A stretch of 64,000 nucleotides of DNA from Bacillota bacterium. GTDB taxonomy: Bacteria; Bacillota; Sulfobacillia; JAJZYS01; JAJZLH01. The DNA is taken from contig JAJZLY010000008.1 of NCBI GenBank assembly GCA_021850485.1, positions 21,879 through 85,878 of the forward strand, read 5' to 3'. Below, in pieces: positions 39,439-48,134 of this stretch (its first letter is position 1; each line of letters begins with the position of its first letter). A program made the position numbers and the translations under genes. Below the pieces are notes generated by a model. The model made no database searches. It had not been told where the DNA came from and worked only from the letters and a program-made list of their open reading frames with translations.

Positions 39439-40154
39439 CTGGCCGCCGCCTCAATCAGGGCGCCAAACAGGCGGGCGGCGGCTACATCGTGCTGCCAGAG
39501 ATGCTCCGGATGCCACTGCACGCCCAGGAAAAACCGCCGGTCAGGCGCCTCCACGGCCTCCACCCAGCCGTCTTCGGAGCGTCCGGCCAGCACCAGTGGA
39601 GCGGGAATTGGCTCTGCCACCACCTGATGGTGAAAGCTGTTCACGGCGATCTGCTCGGCCCCCAGCAGCACTTGAAGCCGGCTGCGGGGCTCTAGGCGCA
39701 CCAGATGTGCGGCCTGCTCCCGCGGTGTCTTGCCGTGGCGGTCGTGACGCTCTCCCGCCAGTTCCGACTCGCTTCCCAGGTCCTGGATCAGGCCGCCGCC
39801 GAGGGCTACCGCCATCACCTGGATGCCCCGGCACACGCCCAAGGTCGGCAGGTCCTCATCATAGGCCCGCTCAACCAGGCGGATCTCCACCTCGTCGCGC
39901 TCTGGCGTCACCCTGCCCAGCTGTGGGTGGGCCGCCTGGCCAAAACGCGCAGGAGCGATATCACCGCCGCCGGTGACCAGCAAGGCGTCGAGCCCGCCGA
40001 TCAGATCCGCGGCCGCGTCCGCCGCCTCGACCGGGATCAATACTGGCAGACCTCCGGCCTGCCACACTGCGGCGCAATAGGCGCGGTTCACGCCCTCTCG
40101 CTCAGCACCCGGTTCGCCCCACAGATCGCAGGTTACGCCCACCAGCGGCCTCAT
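39435..40154 (-). CDS. Gamma-glutamyl-gamma-aminobutyrate hydrolase family protein (peptidase C26, class I glutamine amidotransferase-like)
   Basis: GVCRGIQVM catalytic Cys block and FHHQ His block. Confidence 0.8.
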   Translation of the reverse strand: MRPLVGVTCDLWGEPGAEREGVNRAYCAAVWQAGGLPVLIPVEAADAAADLIGGLDALLVTGGGDIAPARFGQAAHPQLGRVTPERDEVEIRLVERAYDEDLPTLGVCRGIQVMAVALGGGLIQDLGSESELAGERHDRHGKTPREQAAHLVRLEPRSRLQVLLGAEQIAVNSFHHQVVAEPIPAPLVLAGRSEDGWVEAVEAPDRRFFLGVQWHPEHLWQHDVAAARLFGALIEAAAR

Positions 40155-40384
40155 CCGTCACGTCGCCTCCAAGCTGATTTCCGTGGTCTGACCCTTCCCT
40201 GCGTCAGGTCGCAGTTCCTTGTCCGTCAGGAGGGACGGACTCAGGAGAAACAGAAGCCTGTACTGCATATAGCCGCTTCGGCGTTGCACCGGGAGGTGTC
40301 ACTCTGAGCCTGCGTCGCCTGCTGCTGGGCCGCCCGCTTCGCACGGATGAGTCTGGCGCCCAGCGGATTGGCGTCATCGGCGCT

Positions 40385-42121
40385 TTGCCGTTGCTCTGTC
40401 CGGACGCTCTTTCGTCCGTCGCCTATGGTACGCAGGCCATTCTGGTCGTGTTGGCCTCGGCCGGCACCCTGGCACTTTGGTACTCGCTGCCAATCTCCGC
40501 CATGATCGTGCTGCTGCTGACCGTGCTGGTGATCAGTTACCGCCAGGTGATCACCGCCTACCCCGGTGGCGGTGGCGCCTACGTGGTCGGCCGCGAGACT
40601 CTGGGTCCGGTGGCCAGCCTGGTGGCTGGCGCCTCGCTGCTGATCGACTACACGCTGAACATCGCGGTCAGCGCCGCTGCTGGTGTCGCCGCCGTGATCG
40701 CTGCCCTGCCGGCTCTGCTGGCCTGGCGGGTAGAGCTGTGCGTCCTGGTGGTGGTTCTGATGACAGCCGTCAATTTGCGCGGTACGCGCGAGTCCTCGCT
40801 CACCTTCGGACCGCCCACCTACCTCTTCATTGCGATGGTGCTGATCATGATCGCCGTGGCGTTCTTCCAGGGCAAAATGTTCGCCCATCCAGCCCACGCC
40901 CTGCTGCCCGCTCCCGTGGTGCCCGGGCTGGCGTTGTTCGTCGTGCTGCGTGCCTTCAGTTCCGGATCGACCGCCCTGACCGGCATCGAGGCCATCTCCA
41001 ACGGCGTGCCGTTGTTTAAACCAGACTCCGTGATCCGGGCCCGCACCACCATGGTGGTGCTGGGATTGCTCCTGGGCGTGATGTTCCTCGGCACGTCCTT
41101 GGCTGCTTTCTCCTATGGCATCGTGCCAAACGCCCAGAGCACGGTGCTGCAGCAGCTGGCGGCCGCCATCTTCGGCCAAGGCGTGTTCTTCTATCTGCTG
41201 GCCTTCGTCACCATGGGCATTTTGATGGTCTCCGCCAACACCAGTTTCGCCGGCTTCCCGCAACTGGCGAGTCTGATGGCCCGCGACGGCTGGATGCCCC
41301 GCATGTTCGCAAGCCGCGGCGACCGACTGGTCTATCAAAATGGCATCTTGGTGATTGGCCTGGCCGCAGCTCTGTTGCTGCTCATCTTTCAGGGCAGCGT
41401 GATCCGGCTGATCCCGCTGTTCGCCATCGGCGTCTACATCGGCTTCACCATCACCCAAGTTGGGCTGATCAAGAAGAATCTGTCAGAACGCAGTGGCAAG
41501 TGGCTGGTGATGGTGGCCATGGCCGGCGGTGCTCTGCTCACAGCCACCGTGGTGGTGGTCGCCCTGGCAACCAAGTTCCTGGAAGGCGCTTGGATCGTCG
41601 CCCTGATCTTGCCCCTGATGGTGATCGCCTTCTTGCGCATCCAGCGCCACTACAAGGCCATGAGCCAGGAACTGCGTCTGCCTGACTCCGAAGTTCGCCC
41701 CAGCGGCAAGGCGGTGGTGGCGGTGGTGCCCTTCAGCGGCATCAGCCGAATCAGCCAGTCCAGCCTCTCCTACGCCCTGTCCATCTCGGCGAATGTGGTG
41801 GCGGTTAACGTCTCCTTCACGGACCAGGCGGAGGCCGCCATCCGCGACGCATGGCAGGCCTGGGCGCCGGATCCGTCGATCCGCCTGGTGGTGTTACGAA
41901 GTCCCTACCGCTCTGTCACCGGGCCGGTCTTGGCCTATATTGACCGCCTGCAAGAGGAGTTTGGCGAGGGGCATGTCTTGGTCCTGATCCCGGAGTTCGT
42001 GGTCGGAAAGTGGTGGCAGTACCTGTTGCACAATCAAATCGGCCTGCTGTTGCAGGCCAATTTGGTGTTTCGCAAAGACATCGTCGTGGCCATGGTGCCG
42101 TTTCGACTTTCCGGACGCTAG
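40385..42121 (+). CDS. APC-superfamily amino acid/polyamine permease with a ~170-aa C-terminal cytoplasmic domain
   Basis: 12 predicted TM helices with APC-type motifs (GGGAYVV). The C-terminal soluble region (KAVVAVVPF...HVLVLIPE...VVAMVP) has an alpha/beta, Usp-like pattern. The in-frame N-terminus probably extends upstream to about 40304, where GGGAGGTG lies 7 nt before an in-frame CTG and the peptide LLGRPLRTDE... is encoded. Confidence 0.8.
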   Translation: MPLLCPDALSSVAYGTQAILVVLASAGTLALWYSLPISAMIVLLLTVLVISYRQVITAYPGGGGAYVVGRETLGPVASLVAGASLLIDYTLNIAVSAAAGVAAVIAALPALLAWRVELCVLVVVLMTAVNLRGTRESSLTFGPPTYLFIAMVLIMIAVAFFQGKMFAHPAHALLPAPVVPGLALFVVLRAFSSGSTALTGIEAISNGVPLFKPDSVIRARTTMVVLGLLLGVMFLGTSLAAFSYGIVPNAQSTVLQQLAAAIFGQGVFFYLLAFVTMGILMVSANTSFAGFPQLASLMARDGWMPRMFASRGDRLVYQNGILVIGLAAALLLLIFQGSVIRLIPLFAIGVYIGFTITQVGLIKKNLSERSGKWLVMVAMAGGALLTATVVVVALATKFLEGAWIVALILPLMVIAFLRIQRHYKAMSQELRLPDSEVRPSGKAVVAVVPFSGISRISQSSLSYALSISANVVAVNVSFTDQAEAAIRDAWQAWAPDPSIRLVVLRSPYRSVTGPVLAYIDRLQEEFGEGHVLVLIPEFVVGKWWQYLLHNQIGLLLQANLVFRKDIVVAMVPFRLSGR

Positions 42122-42136
42122 CCCGGCCGCAACATC

Positions 42137-42775
42137 CTAGCCCGAGATGGCAGGAGATCCGCTCGGCAGCACCTTGAGGGTGATCCACATTCCGGCCGTT
42201 TCGTGGCCAGCGATCAGACAGGCGATCGCATACGTCCCGGCTGCTCCCGCCTTCCAACTAAAGCTGGCGCTGCTGCCGGGTGGCGTGCCGATGCCGCTGG
42301 TTGCGTTGGCGGTGGCGGCCGAGGCCGTGACCGGGGTCAGGGAGGTGGAGTTCGCCACCACCGCCGCCGAGTGAGGCAAAACGCCCTGATTTTGGAGCTT
42401 GACCGTCAGCGTCCAGCCAGTGGGCACGCTGACCACCATCTGTCCGTTCAGGGTGCCATCAAAATTGAACGGGGACGGTGAACTCTTCAGGCCAGCGATC
42501 AGCGAAAGGGTGACCGTCTTACTGGCCGTCGAAACGGTCAGGTACTTGGCCAAGGCCGAGCTGGCAGTTGGCGTCCCGGAACTGCCGCTGCCGCCGCTGG
42601 AAGTCGACGACGAAGCGGCCGGTGTGGACGTGGCCGGACTCGTAGCAGGGGTGGAGCTGGAGGAGGGCGGTGCTGGCGGGTAATACTGCTGACCGACCTC
42701 ATAGGTCGCTGCCGAGCCACAGCCGGCGACCACCGTCAAGGCGGCGAGCAGCGGGATGACAAGCCGAAGCCGCAT
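42137..42775 (-). CDS. Blue-copper (cupredoxin) lipoprotein
   Basis: Signal peptide with lipobox VAGC. Ser/Thr/Pro-rich linker. C-terminal cupredoxin domain with His (LPHSAAV) and a Cys-x4-His-x4-Met type-1 copper loop (YAIACLIAGHETAGMW). Confidence 0.7.
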   Translation of the reverse strand: MRLRLVIPLLAALTVVAGCGSAATYEVGQQYYPPAPPSSSSTPATSPATSTPAASSSTSSGGSGSSGTPTASSALAKYLTVSTASKTVTLSLIAGLKSSPSPFNFDGTLNGQMVVSVPTGWTLTVKLQNQGVLPHSAAVVANSTSLTPVTASAATANATSGIGTPPGSSASFSWKAGAAGTYAIACLIAGHETAGMWITLKVLPSGSPAISG

Positions 42776-42924
42776 CGAGCGGGATACCTCCTCAGACAGT
42801 CTCGTTGCACGGTCTGTCAGTGCGGGTGAATTGTATCACTTTTGTCCGCACCAGGGGGAGCCGTGCCCGATGGTGCCTAAGTGAGAGCGCATCTGGTTCC
42901 ATCCGTTCGTTGAGGAGGACTTGA

Positions 42925-45024
42925 GTGCCAACTCCAGCGCATCGGCTCACGATCTCGGACCTGATTCGATTCCCGCGGCCCGGCGCAAGCGGCCCACAGC
43001 AGATCTCGTTTTTGCCAGACGGTCAGGTGGCCTATCTCCTGCCCCGTTCGGAGAGCACCACCTTGGACCTGTGGTGTCACGACGGACACTCGGCGCACCG
43101 CTGGGCGCTGGCGCCTGAGGAAGGCAGCTACTCTCTGGCCGAGGAGTTGCGCCGCGAGCGCACCCGTTTCGCCTGGGACGGCATCACCAGCTATCAGGTG
43201 GCCCAGGATACCCTGCTTGCCTTTGCCGGTGGCAGCGCCTGGACTCAGACCTCAGATCAATCCCTGCGCAAGCTGACCGAGACCGCAGGGGGAAGTGGCC
43301 ACCTGCTGCTCCCAGACGGCCAGCAGATCATCTTCCACCGCGATGGCGAGCTCCATTTGCTGCGTCTTGCCGATGGCCAGCTCAGCACCTTGACCGCCGG
43401 CGGCGAAGAGGGGCTCAGTCACGGCGTGGCCGAGTTTGCGGCCCAAGAGGAGTTGGGCCGGCAAGACGGTTTCTGGGTCAGTCCGGACCTTCGCTGGCTG
43501 GCCTTTACCGAGGTCGATGAGCGGCACATACCGTTGTTTCCGATCGTGCACCAGGGTGCACAGGTGTGGACCGAGTCGCACCGCTATCCGTTTGTCGGTG
43601 CAGCCAATGCCAAGGTCAGGCTCGGCATCGTGCCGCTGGCTGGTGGTGCGGTGCGCTGGCAAGAGCTGCCCGATCAAGACGGATACCTGGCCCGGGCGGT
43701 GTGGAGTCCTGATGGTGAGTTCGCCTTTTTGGCGATCGATCGCCCGCAGCAGCACATGTCCTGGCAGCTGCTCGACCCAAAGACGGGCGGAGTGCGGATC
43801 TTGTTCGAGGACTCCGGCCAGCCCTGGCTGAATTTGCCGCAGGCGCTGACCTTCTTGCCCGGCGGCGGCTTTCTCACCACCAGCGAACGCAGTGGGTTCC
43901 GCCACCTCTACCTCGGTCAGAAGGACGGCAGCTTGCGCCAGCTGACCGACGGGCGGTGGATGGTCACCGATCTGGCCGGCATCACGGCCGCCGGCGATGT
44001 GGCCCTGATCGCCCACACCTGGAGCGACGGTTTGGATTTGCACCTGTCCGCCGTCTCCCTGACCAGCGGAGAGCGCACACAACTCACCCAGGGCTCAGGT
44101 CAGCACCACTGCACGGTCAGTCCGGACGGAAGCCGTTTTGTGGACTGCCATGATGACCTCTTGCATGCCCCGGTCGCTTCGCTCTGCACCACGACGGCCA
44201 AAAGTGGGCCAGTGCTCTTACACCAAGACGCTCTCGCCACCGCCGAGTCGTTACAGCTCACGCCACCGCAATTGGTGTCGGTGCCTGCGGCCGACGGCAG
44301 CCCGCTGTGGGGTGCCCTGTACCGACCGCCAGCCGCTGGCGCCACCAGCCGGTACCCACTGGTGGTCGCCGTCTACGGCGGGCCGCACGCCCAGCTGGTC
44401 AGCCGCAGGTGGGATCTGACCGTCAACCTGATGAGCCAATATCTGGCCCAAGAGGGCTTCTTTGTCCTCACCCTAGACGGGCGTGGCAGTTGGGGCCGGG
44501 GCCTGGCCCACGAGGCTGCGTTGAACCGGGCCTTTGGCACAGTCGAACTGGCCGATCAGGTGGCGGGTGTGCAATGGGTCTGTGCCCACGAGCCGGTCGA
44601 TCCGCAGCGGGTCGGCATCCACGGTTGGAGCTACGGCGGCTTCATGACCCTGACCGCCCTGCTCAAGGCCCCCGACATCTTCCGGGCCGGCGTGGCCGGG
44701 GCGCCAGTCACGGACTTTCGTCACTATGACACGGCATACACCGAGCGCTACATGGGCACCGACCAAGACAACCATGCCGGATACGAGGCGGCAGCACTGC
44801 CGCCTTTGGCCGACCGACTCAAGGGCGACCTCCTGATCATCCACGGCATGGTCGACGAGAACGTCCACTTCAGACACACAGCTCAGATGGCCGACGCCTT
44901 CATCCAAGCTGGGAAGTCGGTGGAACTGGCGATCTTGCCGTCGTCTCGGCACTCGGTGCGGCGACCAGAACTGCGGCGACTGGTCACAGAGAAAACCGTG
45001 GAGTTTTTCCGGCGGACCCTCTAG
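42925..45024 (+). CDS. S9 family serine peptidase (dipeptidyl aminopeptidase / acylaminoacyl peptidase-like) with N-terminal beta-propeller
   Basis: 699 aa. Catalytic GWSYGG nucleophile elbow, later Asp/His (IIHGMVDENVHFRH) and a long N-terminal propeller region. GTG start with GAGGAGG upstream. Confidence 0.85.
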   Translation: MPTPAHRLTISDLIRFPRPGASGPQQISFLPDGQVAYLLPRSESTTLDLWCHDGHSAHRWALAPEEGSYSLAEELRRERTRFAWDGITSYQVAQDTLLAFAGGSAWTQTSDQSLRKLTETAGGSGHLLLPDGQQIIFHRDGELHLLRLADGQLSTLTAGGEEGLSHGVAEFAAQEELGRQDGFWVSPDLRWLAFTEVDERHIPLFPIVHQGAQVWTESHRYPFVGAANAKVRLGIVPLAGGAVRWQELPDQDGYLARAVWSPDGEFAFLAIDRPQQHMSWQLLDPKTGGVRILFEDSGQPWLNLPQALTFLPGGGFLTTSERSGFRHLYLGQKDGSLRQLTDGRWMVTDLAGITAAGDVALIAHTWSDGLDLHLSAVSLTSGERTQLTQGSGQHHCTVSPDGSRFVDCHDDLLHAPVASLCTTTAKSGPVLLHQDALATAESLQLTPPQLVSVPAADGSPLWGALYRPPAAGATSRYPLVVAVYGGPHAQLVSRRWDLTVNLMSQYLAQEGFFVLTLDGRGSWGRGLAHEAALNRAFGTVELADQVAGVQWVCAHEPVDPQRVGIHGWSYGGFMTLTALLKAPDIFRAGVAGAPVTDFRHYDTAYTERYMGTDQDNHAGYEAAALPPLADRLKGDLLIIHGMVDENVHFRHTAQMADAFIQAGKSVELAILPSSRHSVRRPELRRLVTEKTVEFFRRTL

Positions 45025-45129
45025 GTGTGACCGAGGACCCATCGATCGCAATTCATACGAAACACAGACCAAGCTCTCAGAGAGTATTTGGTACATATCA
45101 GTCACGTCTGTTCGGTTGAATTCGCCTAT

Positions 45130-45151
45130 CGTTTCGGTTAAGATCGAAACG
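45130..45151. promoter_or_regulatory. Perfect 7-bp inverted repeat CGTTTCG-N8-CGAAACG overlapping the ribosome binding site of the HTH gene
   Basis: Read directly. The TTCGGTT(G/A)A motif also occurs twice as a direct repeat (45112-45121 and 45132-45141) in an AT-richer ~130-bp intergenic region. Candidate autoregulatory operator. Confidence 0.4.
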
Positions 45152-45155
45152 CGGG

Positions 45156-45776
45156 GTGATTCCAGTGCGGAAACTCGAATGGGTTTGGCGGGCGATCCTC
45201 TCGGATCCAACCACTTCCTTACACCAACAGACACTGGCCGAGCGTCTCCATCTCTCCCTTTCCACGGTCAATGCCGCGCTGCGCGTGCCGCGCCGGGCTG
45301 GTGCCATCGACGTTACGCACAGCGGCATTCATCTACGCGATCAGCACAAGCTGCTGACCATCTGGTCTGTCTTCCGCGATCTCAGAGCCGATACTGTGGC
45401 TGAGCTGCGGCTCGATGCCAGCGCCGAGGAAATTGAGGGGGACATGATCCCACAGGCTCGTTTTTCCGGGGCTTCGGCCTGCAAACTCCATCTCGGCATC
45501 GCCCCGGCTAACTATGACTCAGTGCTGGTGTACCTCAATCCATCGGATCTTCCGACTCTTCACAAGCGTTTCGCTGTCCGCCGGTCGATGGTGCGGACGG
45601 CCAGCCTGGTTCGGCCCGCGAACCTGATCGTCCTTCGTCCAGATCCCTACCTCCCCATCCTGGTGCCGCCATCACAGGTCTACGCTGATCTGTGGCAATT
45701 GCCAAACTGGTGGGCCACTGAGTTCTGGAAAGCCTTAGGGGAAGGGATGCAGGAGCATGTCAACGTTCTACCATGA
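45156..45776 (+). CDS. Winged-helix DNA-binding protein (putative regulator/antitoxin, AbiEi-like)
   Basis: 206 aa. N-terminal HTH segment (QQTLAERLHLSLSTVNAALRV). GC clearly lower than its neighbours. Overlaps the downstream nucleotidyltransferase gene by 20 nt. Confidence 0.55.
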   Translation: MIPVRKLEWVWRAILSDPTTSLHQQTLAERLHLSLSTVNAALRVPRRAGAIDVTHSGIHLRDQHKLLTIWSVFRDLRADTVAELRLDASAEEIEGDMIPQARFSGASACKLHLGIAPANYDSVLVYLNPSDLPTLHKRFAVRRSMVRTASLVRPANLIVLRPDPYLPILVPPSQVYADLWQLPNWWATEFWKALGEGMQEHVNVLP

Positions 45777-46356
45777 TGCCATCGTCGATCGCAGTTGGCG
45801 CACGTTACAGTCGCTGGCTCAAGAGTATGCCTTCACCCTGATCGGTGGCTGGGCCACTTGGCTCCACACTCGGGCAGCCAAGTCGACCGACATCGACATC
45901 ATCGTTGATTTCGATACATTGAGTCAGCTGCGCCAGCGATACGAGGTGCAAAAAAATGACCGGCTCAAGAAGTATGAGGTGCACGCCGACGGCTTCGATA
46001 TCGATATCTACCTGCCGTTTTACTCTACTACGCTGGCACTGCCGGCTGAAATCGTCACGCAACATGCCATGGTCGTCGACGGCTTCCAGGTTCCACCCGT
46101 GGAGTACCTGCTGGCCCTGAAGCTCGGTGCCTGGAACGATCGCCGCGCTTCCGCCAAAGGTCAAAAGGATCTGTTAGACATCCAAGGCCTGATCGCCCTC
46201 ACGACGCGATCTCGTCTGGACGATTGTCTGGACCATAGCGGCATTTCTGCAGCCGCCCGGTCCTCGCTCGAGAGTGCACTGACCAAGGCTCGCAAGGAGA
46301 TTCGCCTGGGAGCCCAGTGGCTACCCAGAGATCTTGACCGAAACTTCGACCGCTAA
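45757..46356 (+). CDS. Small nucleotidyltransferase-fold protein (AbiEii/MenT-like toxin or Lnu/ANT-like nucleotidyltransferase)
   Basis: 199 aa. Minimal nucleotidyltransferase signature LIGGWATWLH-x8-STDIDIIVDFD, which resembles LDGGWGVDVL...RDIDIDFD of lincosamide nucleotidyltransferases. Second acidic cluster ADGFDIDIYLP. Lower GC. Confidence 0.65.
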   Translation: MSTFYHDAIVDRSWRTLQSLAQEYAFTLIGGWATWLHTRAAKSTDIDIIVDFDTLSQLRQRYEVQKNDRLKKYEVHADGFDIDIYLPFYSTTLALPAEIVTQHAMVVDGFQVPPVEYLLALKLGAWNDRRASAKGQKDLLDIQGLIALTTRSRLDDCLDHSGISAAARSSLESALTKARKEIRLGAQWLPRDLDRNFDR

Positions 46357-46427
46357 GAGGCCAATCCCCATCGCCACCGCATCTCGGGCTGTCCGCAGTC
46401 AGCCCAGGCGCGAGCCTCATGTCTGAA

Positions 46428-47195
46428 TCAGGCCACCAGCCTTTGCTCAAAGGCTCGCCTGGGCACCCAGACCAGCACCACGGCGTAGCCGACCAGCCAC
46501 AACAAATTGATCAGCACCGGCAGGCCGATCTGTCCGAACAACAGTTCTCTGGTCAGTTGCACGGTGTGGTAGAGCGGCAAAAAGCGGACGAAGGTGGCCA
46601 ACGCCACCGGCAGTGTGTGTACCGGGAAGAAGACCCCGGAGATCATGAACATCGGCGTGATCACCAAGGTGAAGTAATAGAACAACTGCTCGTGGGTCTT
46701 CGCCCGGGCGGCCACCCACAGGGCCGGGGCAGTGAACAGCACGCCGGTCAGAATCAAGGGCACTGGCAAGGCCAGCGCCCACCAGGAGTGGACCAGGCCG
46801 AACGCCGCCACAAACAGGAAGAAGATCGCTCCATAGAGCAAACTGCGGCACATCTCCCACAGATATTCGCCAGCCAGGATGTCGCGCACCGTCAGCGGCG
46901 AGGTGATCATCGCCTGATAGACACCGTTCGAGTTCAGCTTGTCGTAGGTCTCGAAGCCAGCGTCAAAGGTGACCGCGTTCATCGCCGTCACCGCCAGCAG
47001 GCCAGGGGCAATGAACTGGAAGAAGGACATCCCGTCCATCCGCGCCACATAGGCGCCTAGGCCTAAGCCCAGTGCCAGCAGGTTGGTGATCGGCTCACCG
47101 AAGTTCAAGAGCAACGACGACCGGTAGTACTTGCGCCAGGCCCAAAAATTGCGCATCCAGACAGCGGACGCACCGCGCCACAGACCAGGTCTCAT
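46428..47195 (-). CDS. ABC-2 type transporter permease
   Basis: 255 aa. Six TM helices and ABC-2 family organisation. Coupled to the upstream ATPase gene. Confidence 0.8.
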   Translation of the reverse strand: MRPGLWRGASAVWMRNFWAWRKYYRSSLLLNFGEPITNLLALGLGLGAYVARMDGMSFFQFIAPGLLAVTAMNAVTFDAGFETYDKLNSNGVYQAMITSPLTVRDILAGEYLWEMCRSLLYGAIFFLFVAAFGLVHSWWALALPVPLILTGVLFTAPALWVAARAKTHEQLFYYFTLVITPMFMISGVFFPVHTLPVALATFVRFLPLYHTVQLTRELLFGQIGLPVLINLLWLVGYAVVLVWVPRRAFEQRLVA

Positions 47196-48115
47196 TCCCG
47201 CAACTCCCGCCCGGTCAGGGTCAAAAAGACGTCTTCCAGATGGGTCGGCCGAATCAGTAACCGGCTGGGCCGGATGGCGAGCTCAGCCATGCGCGCGCTC
47301 AGCTCACCGCTTCGCTCAGCGTAGATGACCAGCACCTCGCCTTGCCGGTCGTGGCGGCGGACCAGCGGTCCGAGTTCTTGCAGCAGCGCCGCATCGGCAG
47401 CCTCCAGCTGGGCGATCTCCATCGCCTCCAGGCCCACCTCACGTTTGATCAGCTCCAGCGGCGTGCCTGCGGCCAGGATCTGCCCGTGGTCGATAACCAA
47501 TGCCGTGTCGGACAGCCGGCTGGCCTCCTCCATATAGTGGGTGGTGAGCAAGATGGTCACGCCCTCGCTCTTCAGCTGACGCAGGGACTCCCAGACCAGC
47601 AGCCGGGCTTGCGGATCCAGTCCGGTGGTGGGCTCGTCCAGGATCAACAGTTCGGGTCGGTGCATCAGGGCCCGGGCGATCACCAGTCGCCGGCGCATGC
47701 CGCCAGATAGCTCGCGCACCTGCGCCTGCTTGCGGTCGGCCAGTTGCATGAAGGCGAGCAGTTGCTCCGCCCGTCCCTTCGCCGGGCCACTGGCAATGCC
47801 AAAGTAGCGGGCATAAACCATGAGGTTTTCGATCAGTGATAAGTCGGGATCCAGCGTGTCCTCCTGCGCCACTACGCCGATGCGCGCCTTGATCTCTGCG
47901 CGGTCAATGCCAGCTGGTTGACCAAACACGGTCAGCGTTCCGGCCGATACCGGTGACAGACAAGAGATCATGCGAATGGTGCTCGACTTGCCAGCCCCGT
48001 TCGGACCCAGAAAGCCGACGCACAGGCCCTGGGGGATGGCGAAGGAAATCCCCTTCACCGCCTCTAGGTCGCCGTAGCGTTTGGTCAGACCCTGCGCCAC
48101 TACCACATCAGTCAT
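47192..48115 (-). CDS. ABC transporter ATP-binding protein (ABC-2 exporter ATPase)
   Basis: Start MTDVVVAQGLTKRYG. Walker A GPNGAGKSST, signature LSGGMRRRL and Walker B LLILDEP. Confidence 0.85.
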   Translation of the reverse strand: MTDVVVAQGLTKRYGDLEAVKGISFAIPQGLCVGFLGPNGAGKSSTIRMISCLSPVSAGTLTVFGQPAGIDRAEIKARIGVVAQEDTLDPDLSLIENLMVYARYFGIASGPAKGRAEQLLAFMQLADRKQAQVRELSGGMRRRLVIARALMHRPELLILDEPTTGLDPQARLLVWESLRQLKSEGVTILLTTHYMEEASRLSDTALVIDHGQILAAGTPLELIKREVGLEAMEIAQLEAADAALLQELGPLVRRHDRQGEVLVIYAERSGELSARMAELAIRPSRLLIRPTHLEDVFLTLTGRELRE

Positions 48116-48134
48116 CGCTTTTGCTCTGCTCCGA

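Noticed and set aside
46357-46470. Inverted repeats (GGGCTG-N8-CAGCCC at about 46400; AGCCTTTG-CT-CAAAGGCT at about 46440) at the convergent junction of the nucleotidyltransferase gene and the ABC-2 permease gene
   Set aside because: They could serve as a bidirectional terminator. The second lies inside the permease coding sequence and neither has a U/A tract, so the evidence is too weak to call.
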